Notes: generated by a model from the sequence alone, not told the origin. A stretch of 62,981 nt of DNA, filler included, from Rhabdomonas costata (GCA_019059605.1; 35 parts of 35 records of this genome joined end to end with filler, not necessarily neighbours in it), one strand, 5' to 3'. Shown: positions 51,262 through 62,936, counted from the whole stretch's first letter. Translations and numbers: made by a program.

Positions 51262-52158
51262 GAAATTCAGGCGGAGCTGTCCTCGACCCAGCGCGGCTCT
51301 GCAAGCAGCCGAGAGCTCCAAGAGAAGCAGCTGACCACCTTGAGGGTGTCCGTGGAGGCGCTGTCCCAGAAGTTGCAAGATGTGTTTTCCATATCCGCCA
51401 ACTTGGACTCGAAGGTTTCTCAGCTTCATTGCAAGGTGGATGGTTTGAGCCAAGCAGTAGGTCGGCCCGGTGGCCCGCCAACAGGCTCCGATGAGAAACC
51501 CACGTCTTCCACCGCGCTCTCCATTGTGGAGGCCCAGACACCATCGGAAGAGGCCCGTCCGCTAAGAATCGAGATTGTGGATCTCCGCGAGAGGCTGGAG
51601 TCGATCATGAAGGAGATTGCGCAGGCAAAGCTGGAGATAGCCAGCGAGACTGCTGCACGCGGGCAGGGCACGGAAACCCACACCCAAGTCATCTCCAGTC
51701 TTCAGAGCGCTGTAGCAGCCCTACAAGCTCAGCACCATCGAACTGAAGCACAAACGGAAAGGATCACGGAAGACTTAGAGCAGCTTCACGCAGAGACGGA
51801 GCGTTCGACCGGCGCACTTCGGGAGAAGCTGGGCGAGCTTTGTGAGCTGCACGACCGGGTTGGAGAGTCGGAGCGGGCCGCGGAGGAGCTGGCGGAGGGT
51901 CAGCGTGGGCTGCGGGAGGAGGTGACGCGTGTGTTGCGGCAGCACCAGGCGGGTGTGCAGCGGGAGCTGAGCGAGGCTCGGGAGGCGTTGGGTCGTCTTC
52001 GTGAGGAAGAGGTTCCGCGGCTTCTGGAGGAGCATGTCAGCGCGGAGGTTCGCCAGATGAGCGCTGCTGCGAGCAAGACGCTGCAGCGTCTGGAGGGCCA
52101 AGTTGGGGAGGTTGTTGGCCGAGTGACGGAGCTAACGGAGCAGTGCGTTCGGCTTGAG
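51262..52158 (+). CDS. Long phase-0/0 coiled-coil exon (299 codons)
   Basis: CCCCACAG|GAA ATT..CTT GAG|GT, with E/L/R/Q-rich heptads. Confidence 0.8.
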
Positions 52159-54062
52159 GTNNNNNNNNNNNNNNNNNNNNNNNNNNNNNNNNNNNNNNNN
52201 NNNNTTAATTAATTAANNNNNNNNNNNNNNNNNNNNNNNNNNNNNNNNNNNNNNNNNNNNTGAGTGTGGTGGTATTCTCCCCACCTTGGCCGAGCGTTGT
52301 GGTGAGCTTCACGCTGCCGTGCGGGAAGATTGCATTTTTTCAAATGTTAGTGGTCAATGACCAAAACAGATTCTTGGGTTTGGGCAAGAGCTTGTGGAGC
52401 TTGTGCTTTTCGCCAAGGAATTTTCCAGCACAAGAAACATAACAATGCTCTGGGTTTTTTTAATTCATATCCTGTCTCATGCCGTGTCAGATTTAGAAGC
52501 AAATCGTTGCTGTTGCTTTTTTTGGTGGCAGTGGGAGCCTTGTATGCAGGATGCCTGACTCTCAGCTCTTTTCCGCCCTTGAAAAAAGAGCTTTGGCAAT
52601 GAGGAGGCCACGATACTCGAGCAGGCCGTGACAGGTTCCCCTGTCCCTTCCGCGCCGGGGATATCCATGCTGCCGGAGTTCCCCACGGAGCCCTGAGAGT
52701 GGAAAGTACAGATCCCGTCCAGGCCCAAATTTCTTTGAGGGCTTCGACAATGCGTATTGTAATTGACTTGCTACGCCGAAAGACTTGAGGTGATGAAGAA
52801 GACGAGCAGAATGATGAGTGATTGCCTTGTTTTTTAGTCTTATAAAATGTGTGCTTGCGCATCAGCACCACCTTCCCCCCTTGGAGCACGCTGTGCTGCA
52901 CCGCAACGACCAATGCGATGGTATCGCCATCACAGTGCCATGTGGTTTTGCCTTTCGCACTTTCAACTTCGCGTTGCCTTCGAGCTCGCGTGCTGCACAA
53001 ATATGGGCTCTTGAATCGTAATGATGAATCCTAATGGTCAACTTCGATAAGCACTGAAAAGCCCCCAGGGACGGGGACGTGCGCTTTTGGTTATCCTCCA
53101 AATAGTCACCCCAGAGAAGTTCAGGGAGCCCTAAAGCTGCCCTAAGCCCCAAGAGTTATCCTCGCCGTATGTCTGTGTCCTGCTATCGAACCTACCCTGT
53201 CTGAGCTGAAGGGTATAAGCAGCATGTCGTTCAGGTTTCTTCCAATTAAAGCAAGTCCAGCCATGACCCTTTATAGCTGACTTTGGACACGGTGTTGTTT
53301 GCTCCTCCAAATCAATTAAGTACAAGGGTAAAGTTCTCAGTGTGCGCAGTTGAAGGGTTTTGGTCTGAAGACCTCGGTTGAATTCTGTGCAGCTATGTTC
53401 ATCCATTTATTTGCACTCCTTTTCTTTTTTTCCTAATCGTTTGTGTGCCCGCCCGCTTTCTCAGGGTGTGCTGCATTATTTTCTTTGTTAAATATGGCAA
53501 GTGAGTCGGCGTACGCCCGCGGATCAAGCTCTGTCGTATGCCACGTTGTTTCGCCCGTGCTTTCGGGTCTTGGGTGCTGTGGAAAATGCCCATCTGTCCA
53601 TCTCCACGAAATGCACGCAGTGTGGAAGCGTCCGCCTGTCTCGTTATCTCCGCCTTGAAGAGTCGTGCCGTTAATGGTCTGTTACAATAAAAAAAGATGG
53701 CGGGATATTGCTTTCTTGGCATAGCTTCGTTTTGCTTGTCTTCTAGCGCCTCCTAATACATTCTTCCCTGCGATACGTTTTTCTTGCCCTGTTACCCGTT
53801 ACATATTTTTGGGGACCGTTAGGTTGCCTCCCCCTTTGCGGGGAGCGCATTCAGCATTCCCGTCCCACAGCAGCAGCAGCTCTCCCAACCGCAAGACTCC
53901 GAAACGCAGCTCCAGATACAACTCGACGAGGTGAGTCAACTTTGTACCTCGCCCCGACCCACNNNNNNNNNNNNNNNNNNNNNNNNNNNNNNNNNNNNNN
54001 NNNNNNTTAATTAATTAANNNNNNNNNNNNNNNNNNNNNNNNNNNNNNNNNNNNNNNNNNNN

Positions 54063-55776
54063 GGAATGCATGAACCATCACTTCGGGAGGAAGGATACGA
54101 ACGCAGTGAGCATCCTGACGACCAGCTATCTACTCCACTGTCGGGTCTCTCAGTCCTTCGAGCCCCTCCCACTCTTACATCTTCTATACCTGTCTCTTCG
54201 TTCCACTCCCCGGCATAAGCCGGTACGTGTCACTCCGACCGGGCGTAGCCATGCAGGAATACCCTGGGGTTCGTGAGCGAGTGGAGGCAGCTTATGCTGG
54301 GGGAACGAGCGAACCACTGCACTTAGGGAGTGATGACGAAGGCATTAGCCTGAGGCATCACGACCAGCAAGAGCGTTTCCTTCCCGTTGGGGTTGGGCTC
54401 TCTCTGTCGGTCGGCACTTCACCACCCTATGGATGCTTACGTGCCTCCCTCCACTCCTTTACACCCTTAGCTATACCCTCAGCTTGGCATCAGGTTAGCC
54501 CCTCAGAACGGTATGCAGAGGGTTAGCATGGCGTATTGGCATCTACCGTAGCATCTGCAGCATCGGCATCAGGCTTACACCCTACGCCTCTGTTCAGCAT
54601 CTGCCTTAGCATCAGCCTCTACAGCCATCCCTTCACCTCTACTCCCTGGGTGATGCTTCGGTGGTGGTGGAATGCGTCCCTTTACCCTTGGCGTTACCCT
54701 TAGGCATAGGTGTCACTCCCCCTCACTCTACTACATCCCCTCTGTCACGGGTTGGTGCTGGCTACGATGGAGGGTAATGCATAGCGTCAATGCTTAGCGT
54801 ATGTGCTACTATGCATACCGTACCACCATCACCATCACTACCACGGGTGGGCTACAACCATGACAGGGTTCGGGTGACAAGGCTTGAGCGTTGACGTTAT
54901 GCTGAGGTTGTAACGCGTAGGGTATTGCTACACTACGGTACTCCCTTGTGCATAGCGCCATTACCGGTCACCATGTCACCTCAACCACTGCCATGGAGTG
55001 CGTGACTCGGGTACGGTGGTTTGAGTAGTGTATGCGTTGCTGCCCTACGCTACCGTATACCACTAACCTCAATCACTTCCCTCGTGTGGGTTGAGTGGGT
55101 TTATTGTCCCCTATGCATGGTTTCGCAGGCCATACACAGGTCGATCTTGGGTCGCCTACCCAGCACTACTACCACATGCATTGACGTGGGTTCATGTCCA
55201 TCACTGGAGGCTTAGCAGATATACCCAACGTGAGTCAGGGCATCTACCAAGCTCACCTCCAGCCACTACTAGCGTAGGAACATAGGTGTTGAGTTACGCG
55301 CTACGTTGCATAGCCTCACCGTGATACCTGTATCCTCACGTGGTTCGTGTTGACTTGATCAGTGAGAAACGATGCCAACCCAGGCGTTGAACTTCAGGGT
55401 GACCAATCCTTACTACTCAGGACACTGGGAGCGATCGTCGATAAGTTGTGGAGCACGGAAGTAGCGAGTGGGACAGTAGTGGCATAGCCGTACGCAGCCT
55501 TGTTGTTCTAGAGATATCCCGAGGGACATCAGCGAATCCGAAACCGAGACAGAACCCAAACCCAAAGATCACCAACTCCGATACCCTAACATCCTCGACT
55601 CGCAGACACAAACGCATACACCCAGAGACACAAACGCATAAACCCCGAACCCAAGACCTAGAAACCCAACCCCACACCAAGAATGCCGAATACCACCACA
55701 GCCTCGAATACGCATAAACCCCAACCCATACCCTCACGAACCCCAGGAATACCACCAAGACCTAAACCCACACGAA
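54063..55776 (+). repeat. Member 2 of the motif-shuffled family: motif block (54100-54370), unique core, C/A-rich tail (55530-55776)
   Basis: Shared motifs at 54178-54194, 54234-54256 and 54358-54369. No introns or polypyrimidine tracts; rich in TAG/CTA/GTA. Confidence 0.8.
55362..55408 (-). pseudogene. cox1: Short cytochrome c oxidase subunit 1 fragment (CuB-ligand helix VI) with internal deletions
   Basis: GGT CAC CCT GAA GTT caacg CCT GGG tt GGC ATC GTT TCT CAC reads GHPEV-[gap]-PG-[F]-GIVSH, against the consensus [15 protein letters not shown](I/V)SH. Confidence 0.6.
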
Positions 55777-55876
55777 NNNNNNNNNNNNNNNNNNNNNNNN
55801 NNNNNNNNNNNNNNNNNNNNTTAATTAATTAANNNNNNNNNNNNNNNNNNNNNNNNNNNNNNNNNNNNNNNNNNNN

Positions 55877-56192
55877 GGTGGTTGAGTCTCTTCGAGGTGA
55901 TGGGTCCCTTTGGCAGGCTTTCAGGCAGTCAGCTGTCACCAGTGAACTCCAGATGAACGCACAGGATCTTGCAAGCTGTGTGTGCGGCTTTTCCGAGGTG
56001 CCTTTGCTGCTTGGTGACCGAGAACTTTGGATGTCCTTACGAGCAACACTGCTGCGCTTGGCGAGCACCTTGAACTCCAAGGATGTCCAAGACTGTGTGA
56101 CTGGCTTTTCCAAAGTAGAATTCTTGCTGCAGGATGCGGAGCTGTGGGAATGCTTGGGACGAGCAGCGGCCTCCAGTCCACGCAATGTTTGA
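55877..56192 (+). CDS. C-terminus of an OPR/HPR (FASTK-like) helical-repeat protein
   Basis: Two 39-aa repeats, MNAQDLASCVCGFSEV..DRELW and LNSKDVQDCVTGFSKV..DAELW. Confidence 0.6.
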
Positions 56193-56549
56193 TAAAGAAA
56201 CGTCGCCTGCCGGTCCAGTTTGGATAAGAACTGACCTGGAGATGCGAGCGTGCAACGGTGGTGGTGGTGGGGAGCAAAGAAATGGGACAAACATGACTTC
56301 GTTTTCGGGTTCATGGGTTCGCCTTAATGACGTGCCCTCAGAGTTTTGTTGCTTGCTGTGGCGTACATTTCCCATTCCCCATTTGCTGAGCACCTGGTTA
56401 TGCCTACAAAAGCAAAGTGGAGTATTTTTTATGGAGGCCTCAGGGCACCTCTTTGGATTGGGTTGCTGTCAAGGAAAAGTGATCTGTGGTCTTGGATGGT
56501 TTTTAATATGTTGTCTGCTGTGCAAACTTTCGTTTTCTTAAGGATAGAA

Positions 56550-57577
56550 GGAAGGATGGCCGTAGCGCAGCGTAGGACATCCTGACAAGAAGACACGAGC
56601 GTAGCGAGTAGGTGAGCTAGCGACCCATATAGCGGGGAGCGAAGCGAACCATCACATAGGGAGTGAGGGAGCGTAGCGACCTCACGACCAGCAAAGACAA
56701 AGGGGCCCCACGAACACGAACGCAGTGAGAGTGAGTGGGGATACAGGACGAGGGAGCGTAGCGACTGAGGACGTAAAGACATAAAGGTGGAAGGATGGCA
56801 TCGAGGTCACGAGATGACATCCTGACAAGTAAAGGCATCTTCTATACCTGTCACTTCGCACTCTCGGTCCCTCGAGTGCTCCGTCCCGGCGTAGCCATGC
56901 AGGAACCACCAAGAGAGACTACGCTTTGAGACGGAGGGCATGTCGAGGAACGAGGCATGACCGTAGTAGAGGATGAAAGGCACCGCAGGTAGAAGACTGA
57001 ACCCCTCAGCATCTTACGCCCCTTACCTTGAAAGCTGGTTGGATTGTACACCCTTACATCATCACCTCACCCTACACCCCTCCACACTCCCTCAACCCCT
57101 CGACAACATGACAGCCATGGTAGATACGCGTAGAAATACCGGTACACAGAAGCCATTACAACATCCTTGAGACAGAAACACACATCCTGACATCCTCTGA
57201 CACCCTCAGCCCTTCAACATATGCGTAGAAACAGGACACCACCAAGCCATTGCACCATCCTTGCATCCTCCTACAACCCCTCGAAGCATCGACCCACCCA
57301 GAAACACGCAAAGCACTAACACAAGGGCATAAAACACACACAACATCGCTACTTCTACAGAGGGCATGACAAACAGGAACAGTGAGAGCATGGTGGAAGG
57401 AATCGGAACACACAAGGCCATGACGAAGCACTAGATACAACACCCACACTGATACACTACTGAAGCCGTAGAAACAGGGAGCATGGTTGTTGAGACAGGA
57501 GACGTAAAGCACTACAGAAGCGGTACACACAACAAGGCATCACATCATTACACTGAGACAGCACACCACAACCCAAC
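56550..57577 (+). repeat. Member 3 of the motif-shuffled family
   Basis: TCACGACCAGCA at 56682-56693, CATCTTCTATACCTGTC at 56836-56852, CTCGGTCCCTCGA at 56863-56875 and GGCGTAGCCATGCAGGAA at 56888-56905, followed by a C/A-rich tract. Confidence 0.8.
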
Positions 57578-57784
57578 NNNNNNNNNNNNNNNNNNNNNNN
57601 NNNNNNNNNNNNNNNNNNNNNTTAATTAATTAANNNNNNNNNNNNNNNNNNNNNNNNNNNNNNNNNNNNNNNNNNNNAGACTGGTGCCTGAGGGGGGAGG
57701 TCAAGAGAACCGCCATCCGGGGAGGAAGAGGCAGATGTGCGGGGTGGCAAACCCAGAAACGCAAAAGAGCGACAGTGCTCGACC

Positions 57785-59325
57785 CTAGCAGTCCTCCACC
57801 GTAAGAGAAAGAGCTGTCTGCAGGGGAACTGACGACGATATGGAGGCTCTCATATCCCCAAACGCCTCCCGGGGAAGGGGATGGGTCCGTGCACTCGGGG
57901 ATGGGCCCGGGGAGGCCGAGCCTGCAGCCCCAGCCGCCCCAAACGCCACCACTGCACCGGCTCGGTCCCGAAACGCCGCGAAGGCGTACCCCCCGATCGC
58001 AACCTCCAGCCCAAGCTCCATTTGAAGGTCACGAGGGACGTTCACCGAGCTGCGCTTCACAAAGTACGCCGGGATGTTGCCGAAGCCCTTGGCGTACACT
58101 GTCCGCGGGGCCTCGAAGGAGAAAGGGGAGTTGGGGTCCCCGACCGCCGCCCGGTAGGCACTCTCGGAGCACTGCACCATCATGGGCTCCCCGCTGCTCT
58201 GTGGAAATCCATGAAGAAAGCTTAAAGTAGTAAGGCTTTCATTGGATATCTCCGGACCTCCGAAACAGCTCGAGCAAGGTTCTGAGGAGGCCCAGAACTC
58301 GAACACGTTACAGTGCAGAGGGCATCAACGGCGTGCACACGCAGCCGCCAACAGACCTCCATCCTCGAGGAAAGGTTGACGGTCTTGCCCCAAACGTCGA
58401 ACATCGGGCGCTCGCCGGGAAGCACCCCCATCGTCACTGCGCCCACGGCGATCCCGAAACGCATGGCACAGCGGAACAGCGTGCCTTTGGAGCTGGATTG
58501 GGCGGTACTCCCCGAGACCACGCTGTTGGAGGTCTTCCTCTTCACATGGGCGTTAGTCTGGGCGATGATTGCGCTGCGCTCCGCCATGGCCCTTACACAG
58601 GCCCCGGACTCGGGGTGCTCATATAAGCTGCGGAACCCCATAAAATGCAGGGTCACATCAAGAGGTACTGAGACTTGCTTTGTCTGCTGTGTAGTTTAAA
58701 GATTCAGGCTTGGCTTATTCTTGAAAAGTCAACTGTCTGGTTTCTATGAATACACACATACATACAAACAAACATACAATGTTTCCATGAATACACACAC
58801 ATGAATAAATTTTGATGGCGAAAAGACGGATGACGGCGTGGGTCGGGGTGGGTGTGCATCTGCATCAAGCTGGACGGGATTGAAAGCGGCTGAGGTTCGC
58901 TTTTTGAGACCTGAAGCAAGAGTTTGTGGGACAAAAAAATAGGGGGAGCGAGGGAGGTGAAGGTCACTGCAGAGGAAGACCCAGATCACCGCGGAAAACA
59001 AGCAGGGCAAAAGAAAAAGTTGCGAAATTGGACGTGGATGTGAACGTGAAGCCTGAAACCCAAGCAAGCGTTACAAATGTCCAGCTTTCATGGGTTGCGG
59101 CGAAGCTCAAGCCAGCGCTTTCTTCGTATATCTTGGCAACAAGCATATGAATGACATGAATGTGCATACCCCGAAAAGATCTGCACGCAGTCCGACGCAA
59201 AGCGAAGCATCCGCAGCGTGGGGCCCCCCTGCGCGTTCAGGTCGGGGTCCTCAATGAGGCAGTCTGGCCCAGAGATCGCGAAGTAGGCATCCCCGATGGT
59301 CTTCACTTTGTAGATTTTGTAGTAC
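57785..59325 (-). CDS. Class III adenylate cyclase catalytic domain (exons 59170-59325, 58357-58627, 58198 downward; 3' end uncertain)
   Basis: YKVKTIGDAYF..MRFGIAVG..GVLPGERPMFDVWGKTVNLSSRME|SSG..VQCSE..KGFG. The K and D specificity residues indicate ATP. Confidence 0.92.
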
Positions 59326-59774
59326 CTAAAAATGAGATGGGAATGTATGGTCAAGCACGTGTCACTTCACACAACACANNNNNNNNNNNNNNNNNNNNNN
59401 NNNNNNNNNNNNNNNNNNNNNNTTAATTAATTAANNNNNNNNNNNNNNNNNNNNNNNNNNNNNNNNNNNNNNNNNNNNGCGGATGTATTTCGGCAAACAC
59501 TCAGTCATACTGCTGAAGGTTCGATCAAACACTGAGCTGCAACTGAGACATGGCTCTTTCCATTTTGCAGTTTTTCTCCAAAATGAAATCGCCGAGGTCG
59601 GTGTTCCTGGATCTCGGACTCAAACAACAGAAGGAACGTCCTAAGAGATCCTGCTGTTTACTTTATGTAATTGCTGCCCAGTCCCTTCAGCCGCCCTTGT
59701 CAAAGACGTTTTTGGGAATAGGTTTCTTCTGCTTTCCAAGGAAAGGTGCTTTTATTCGTTTTTCCTATCTAGCA

Positions 59775-60433
59775 ATGCAGCGTGCCTTCAGGGCAACGTC
59801 CTCCTTCCGGCCCCGCCAGGCCCGCTTTCTCTCAGTTGGAGACATTCAGAAGAATCTTACCAATGGGCCCTGGATGCTCCAGAACGTGGTCGGTATGTGC
59901 CGCTGGAGACTCGCATTTCCTCTTCCCTCCCCTTGGCACAAGTATCCTCTTCTTCCAGGTTCCTCCAGGTTTTGTGCATCTCTCTTTAATAATCCGCGAT
60001 TCGCGATTTCCAGCAGATTGATGTCGCCCTGATCTGCCATTGAAAGTGTTGTAGAGGCGTCGCGCTGTGTACCCTGACAAAAGGATCGAGTATAGTGCTC
60101 CGGTGTCTTGCGCCAGCAGCAATGCGAGCCACCTCATCCTGAGCTGCCGTCCAGTTGTTTCGAAAACGCACGAAAATCCAAGTTTCGCACTCATATTTCC
60201 CATATTCTCCGTTGGTGCCTGAATCTCCAATCTACAATCTGATCTTTGGAATCCCTGAGCAGCAATTGGTGAGTCAGTGGGGTCGGGTGCGGTGGGGAAC
60301 AGCACCGCTGATCGGAGTCTTCCTGGGCATCAAGTTTCTTCTGCGTCCGGCGCTGGGTCTGTCCGGTCTGGAGGGCAAGGTGGCTGACTTGGACAAGAAG
60401 TGCACAGCCATCAAGGAGGAAGTCGCGGTCTGA
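59775..60433 (+). CDS. Complete 82-aa two-exon protein with a mitochondrial-type presequence and one TM segment (59775-59892, 60303-60433)
   Basis: MQRAFRATSSFRPRQARFLS..QNVV|APLIGVFLGIKFLLRP..EEVAV*. The phase-1 GT-AG intron joins in frame. Confidence 0.75.
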
Positions 60434-61279
60434 ATCGCCCGCTCCTTTCTCATACAAGCCTTGCCTCTACCTCGGTCTCTTGGTAACGAAAAAGGGTATG
60501 GCATGCTCATAGCTGCTGCTCTGCGCACCGCAAAAGACGTGGCAGCACTGTAAGCTGGGTCGATGACGGCCAGCGGGGGCGATCACTTGTTGGGTGCTTG
60601 GCAAAGAAAAGGGCGGGGCCCTGTCCGGTTGCCCTACGGCAGCCACTTTGTTGCCTTTTTGACCTTTTTTATAAAGTGTGAGTGTTAGGGGATAATTCTG
60701 CTTGGTTGGCACACCGTCAGTGTGCCTTTTTTTTTTCACAATGCACAATGCTGCTTCACAGAAAACCGCCGCCCGGCGGCCGATGTTCATGCTCAGCCCG
60801 GGGACAACAACGATCACGACCACCTCTGCGCCGCAGCAGTGAGAGAAGACCTTTCTGTGAGCGTGGTGCTTCTTATTTTCCCTGTGGGCACAAGTGTGTC
60901 CACATCCCCCGTGCAAGTGAGTCCCATACCCCCCTCGCGCACGCAGTCTTGGGAGGGGGTTACCACACCTCTGAACTGGGTTACTGTATCGAGCATGTAC
61001 GAGCCGAAGTGGTGCCTCGTTTTTCTGCTTGCCTTACTTTGCCCACGTGCATATTCATTTGGAGAAGAACTGGCGAAATTTACAAGTGCCATTCCGTTCA
61101 TATGCACATTTTCGGAATCCAGCGGCGTTAATATGCCGCAACGCAAAAGGATTTCTGTTCGATATGTCGCCAACAAACCNNNNNNNNNNNNNNNNNNNNN
61201 NNNNNNNNNNNNNNNNNNNNNNNTTAATTAATTAANNNNNNNNNNNNNNNNNNNNNNNNNNNNNNNNNNNNNNNNNNNN

Positions 61280-62936
61280 GCAGCTTGCTGTACCCTGGTC
61301 ACTGCTTCGTTGAACAACATGATGGGGCACATGTATGAAGACTGGGGAGGGGGAGCGACCGAGGCATATTGTATTATTAGCACGCAATGAGCCCAAATTC
61401 AAAAATCGGTGATGGTTTCGGTGGCGCTGGTGGTGACGATAATAGAAGAGTACCGTCCGGAGGATAGAGCAGGCCATAGGTCAGTGATGTCCCGTGGTCA
61501 AGGATATTCTGAATCAGCGCATTAGGGATGACATCCAATCGGGAGGCTGTTTGAATGTTAAGTTGTTCAGGGCTTGAGTTTGTTGGGACCCGACCTCGGG
61601 ATGCCCCACTCATTTCTCCGTGTGCCTTACTGTGCTCTGCCCCTTCTTTCGCCTGCTGAAGGACCACTGTCACGGTCAATGACCAGTTGGGAACCACGAT
61701 GGAGACTGCAGATGTAAGTTTGTGGTGCCCAACACCCAGATTTTGACAACACCCTTGAAAAAACCCCACTAACCTTTGAAAACACCCATTCCCACGCATT
61801 ACACGCACCTGCGCGGCTCCGTTGGAGGAGCCACCTGAAGAACTCCCACCACCAGTACCGCCTCCACCACCACCTCCTCCTCCGCGGCCACCAAAGCCTG
61901 AAGGCGGAGGGCCTCCAGATCCACCTCCAGTTGGGGGCTGGCCGCCAGATCCAGAGCCTTGGCCTCCAGAAAAAATTGTGGAGCCTCCAGACCCGAAACC
62001 AATCCGGAGGTCATGGGAGTCAGTGTGAAGTCGGTGAAGTTGATCGTGTAGAAGCTTCGGGTGCTGCACTGCATATTAAGCAAACTGGCGCTTGCAGAGC
62101 AGGTACTGCGGTTCGTTCACACTGAGGACCTTGATCTTGGAGAGGACGAACTGCGCATGGAAATGCACAAACATTTGTGTGAGAGAGAGGGGGGCTCAAA
62201 AACACGAAACCTAGACGAACCCTCGGTACCCCGGTTGATCATGCCAAAGTGCCAGTGGGACGCATCTACGAACACATACGAACACAGCAACAAACCTCGC
62301 CGTATAATCCAAACGGGAACACGGAGTCGCTCTCCGTCAGAGAAGTCGCAAGAACGTACGAGGGAGAGCTGATCTGCACAACGCAAGCGCGAAAATAATG
62401 GAGGTGTGGAAGGAAAGCCAAAAAAACAAAGACAGCAAGTCTGCAACGGCACTCACCATTAGCTCAATGATGAGAAGCGGAAAACAGCATTCGGTTCTTC
62501 AGCATTATTAAAAATGTGCTCACTCCCTCGCCTGCACCGCACGTCGTCTTGGCCCTCTCACGCACCGGACGTCATCCAGAACGTTACTCATCAGCGTGTT
62601 CGCCAGCTTGTCCGCGCTGGTGTACCCAGCAACGTAGATGAGCCCGCCCACAGCAACCGAGGTCGCCAGCAGCATCAGTGGGATCATCGCACACATGATG
62701 CTTCCCACTTGGAGGCAGTGGCGGCGGGCCTTGGTGCCGCAACTGGGCTTTGCCGAGGGCTCGCCGTACGCAACAAAATCGGACTCCGAGGCGAGATCGG
62801 GAGGCCGGCTTGACGTCTGCATGCTGACAAAGTTTTGGCTGACGGCCAAAGGAAGGGTGGCTGAGATGACCTCCAACTCCGAGCGCACCTGACTCCTCTT
62901 GTAAGTGTTCGACGGCTTCTCTCTCGAGGATGGCAT
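61280..62936 (-). CDS. N-terminal part of a membrane sensor/receptor-like protein with a Gly-rich segment; exon structure uncertain
   Basis: ATG at 62936; TM segment IMCAMIPLMLLATSVAVGGLIY followed by SADKLANTLMSNV; Gly/Ser-rich exon at ~61809-62000. Confidence 0.45.

Noticed and set aside
54651-55230. cob-like words on the plus strand (WCFG, MHSVNA, GY..PW, WG..ATLR..H, IPN) and cox2-like QW.W or extra cox1-like words on the minus strand
   Set aside because: Spacing is inconsistent, and a U-only editing reconstruction would need implausible poly-Phe runs. The hits on opposite strands overlap, so they are probably chance matches.
1704-61279. Regularly spaced identical TTAATTAATTAA repeats resembling a CRISPR or cassette array
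   Set aside because: They are embedded in N runs and are an assembly linker, not biology. Gene neighbourhoods across them are meaningless.
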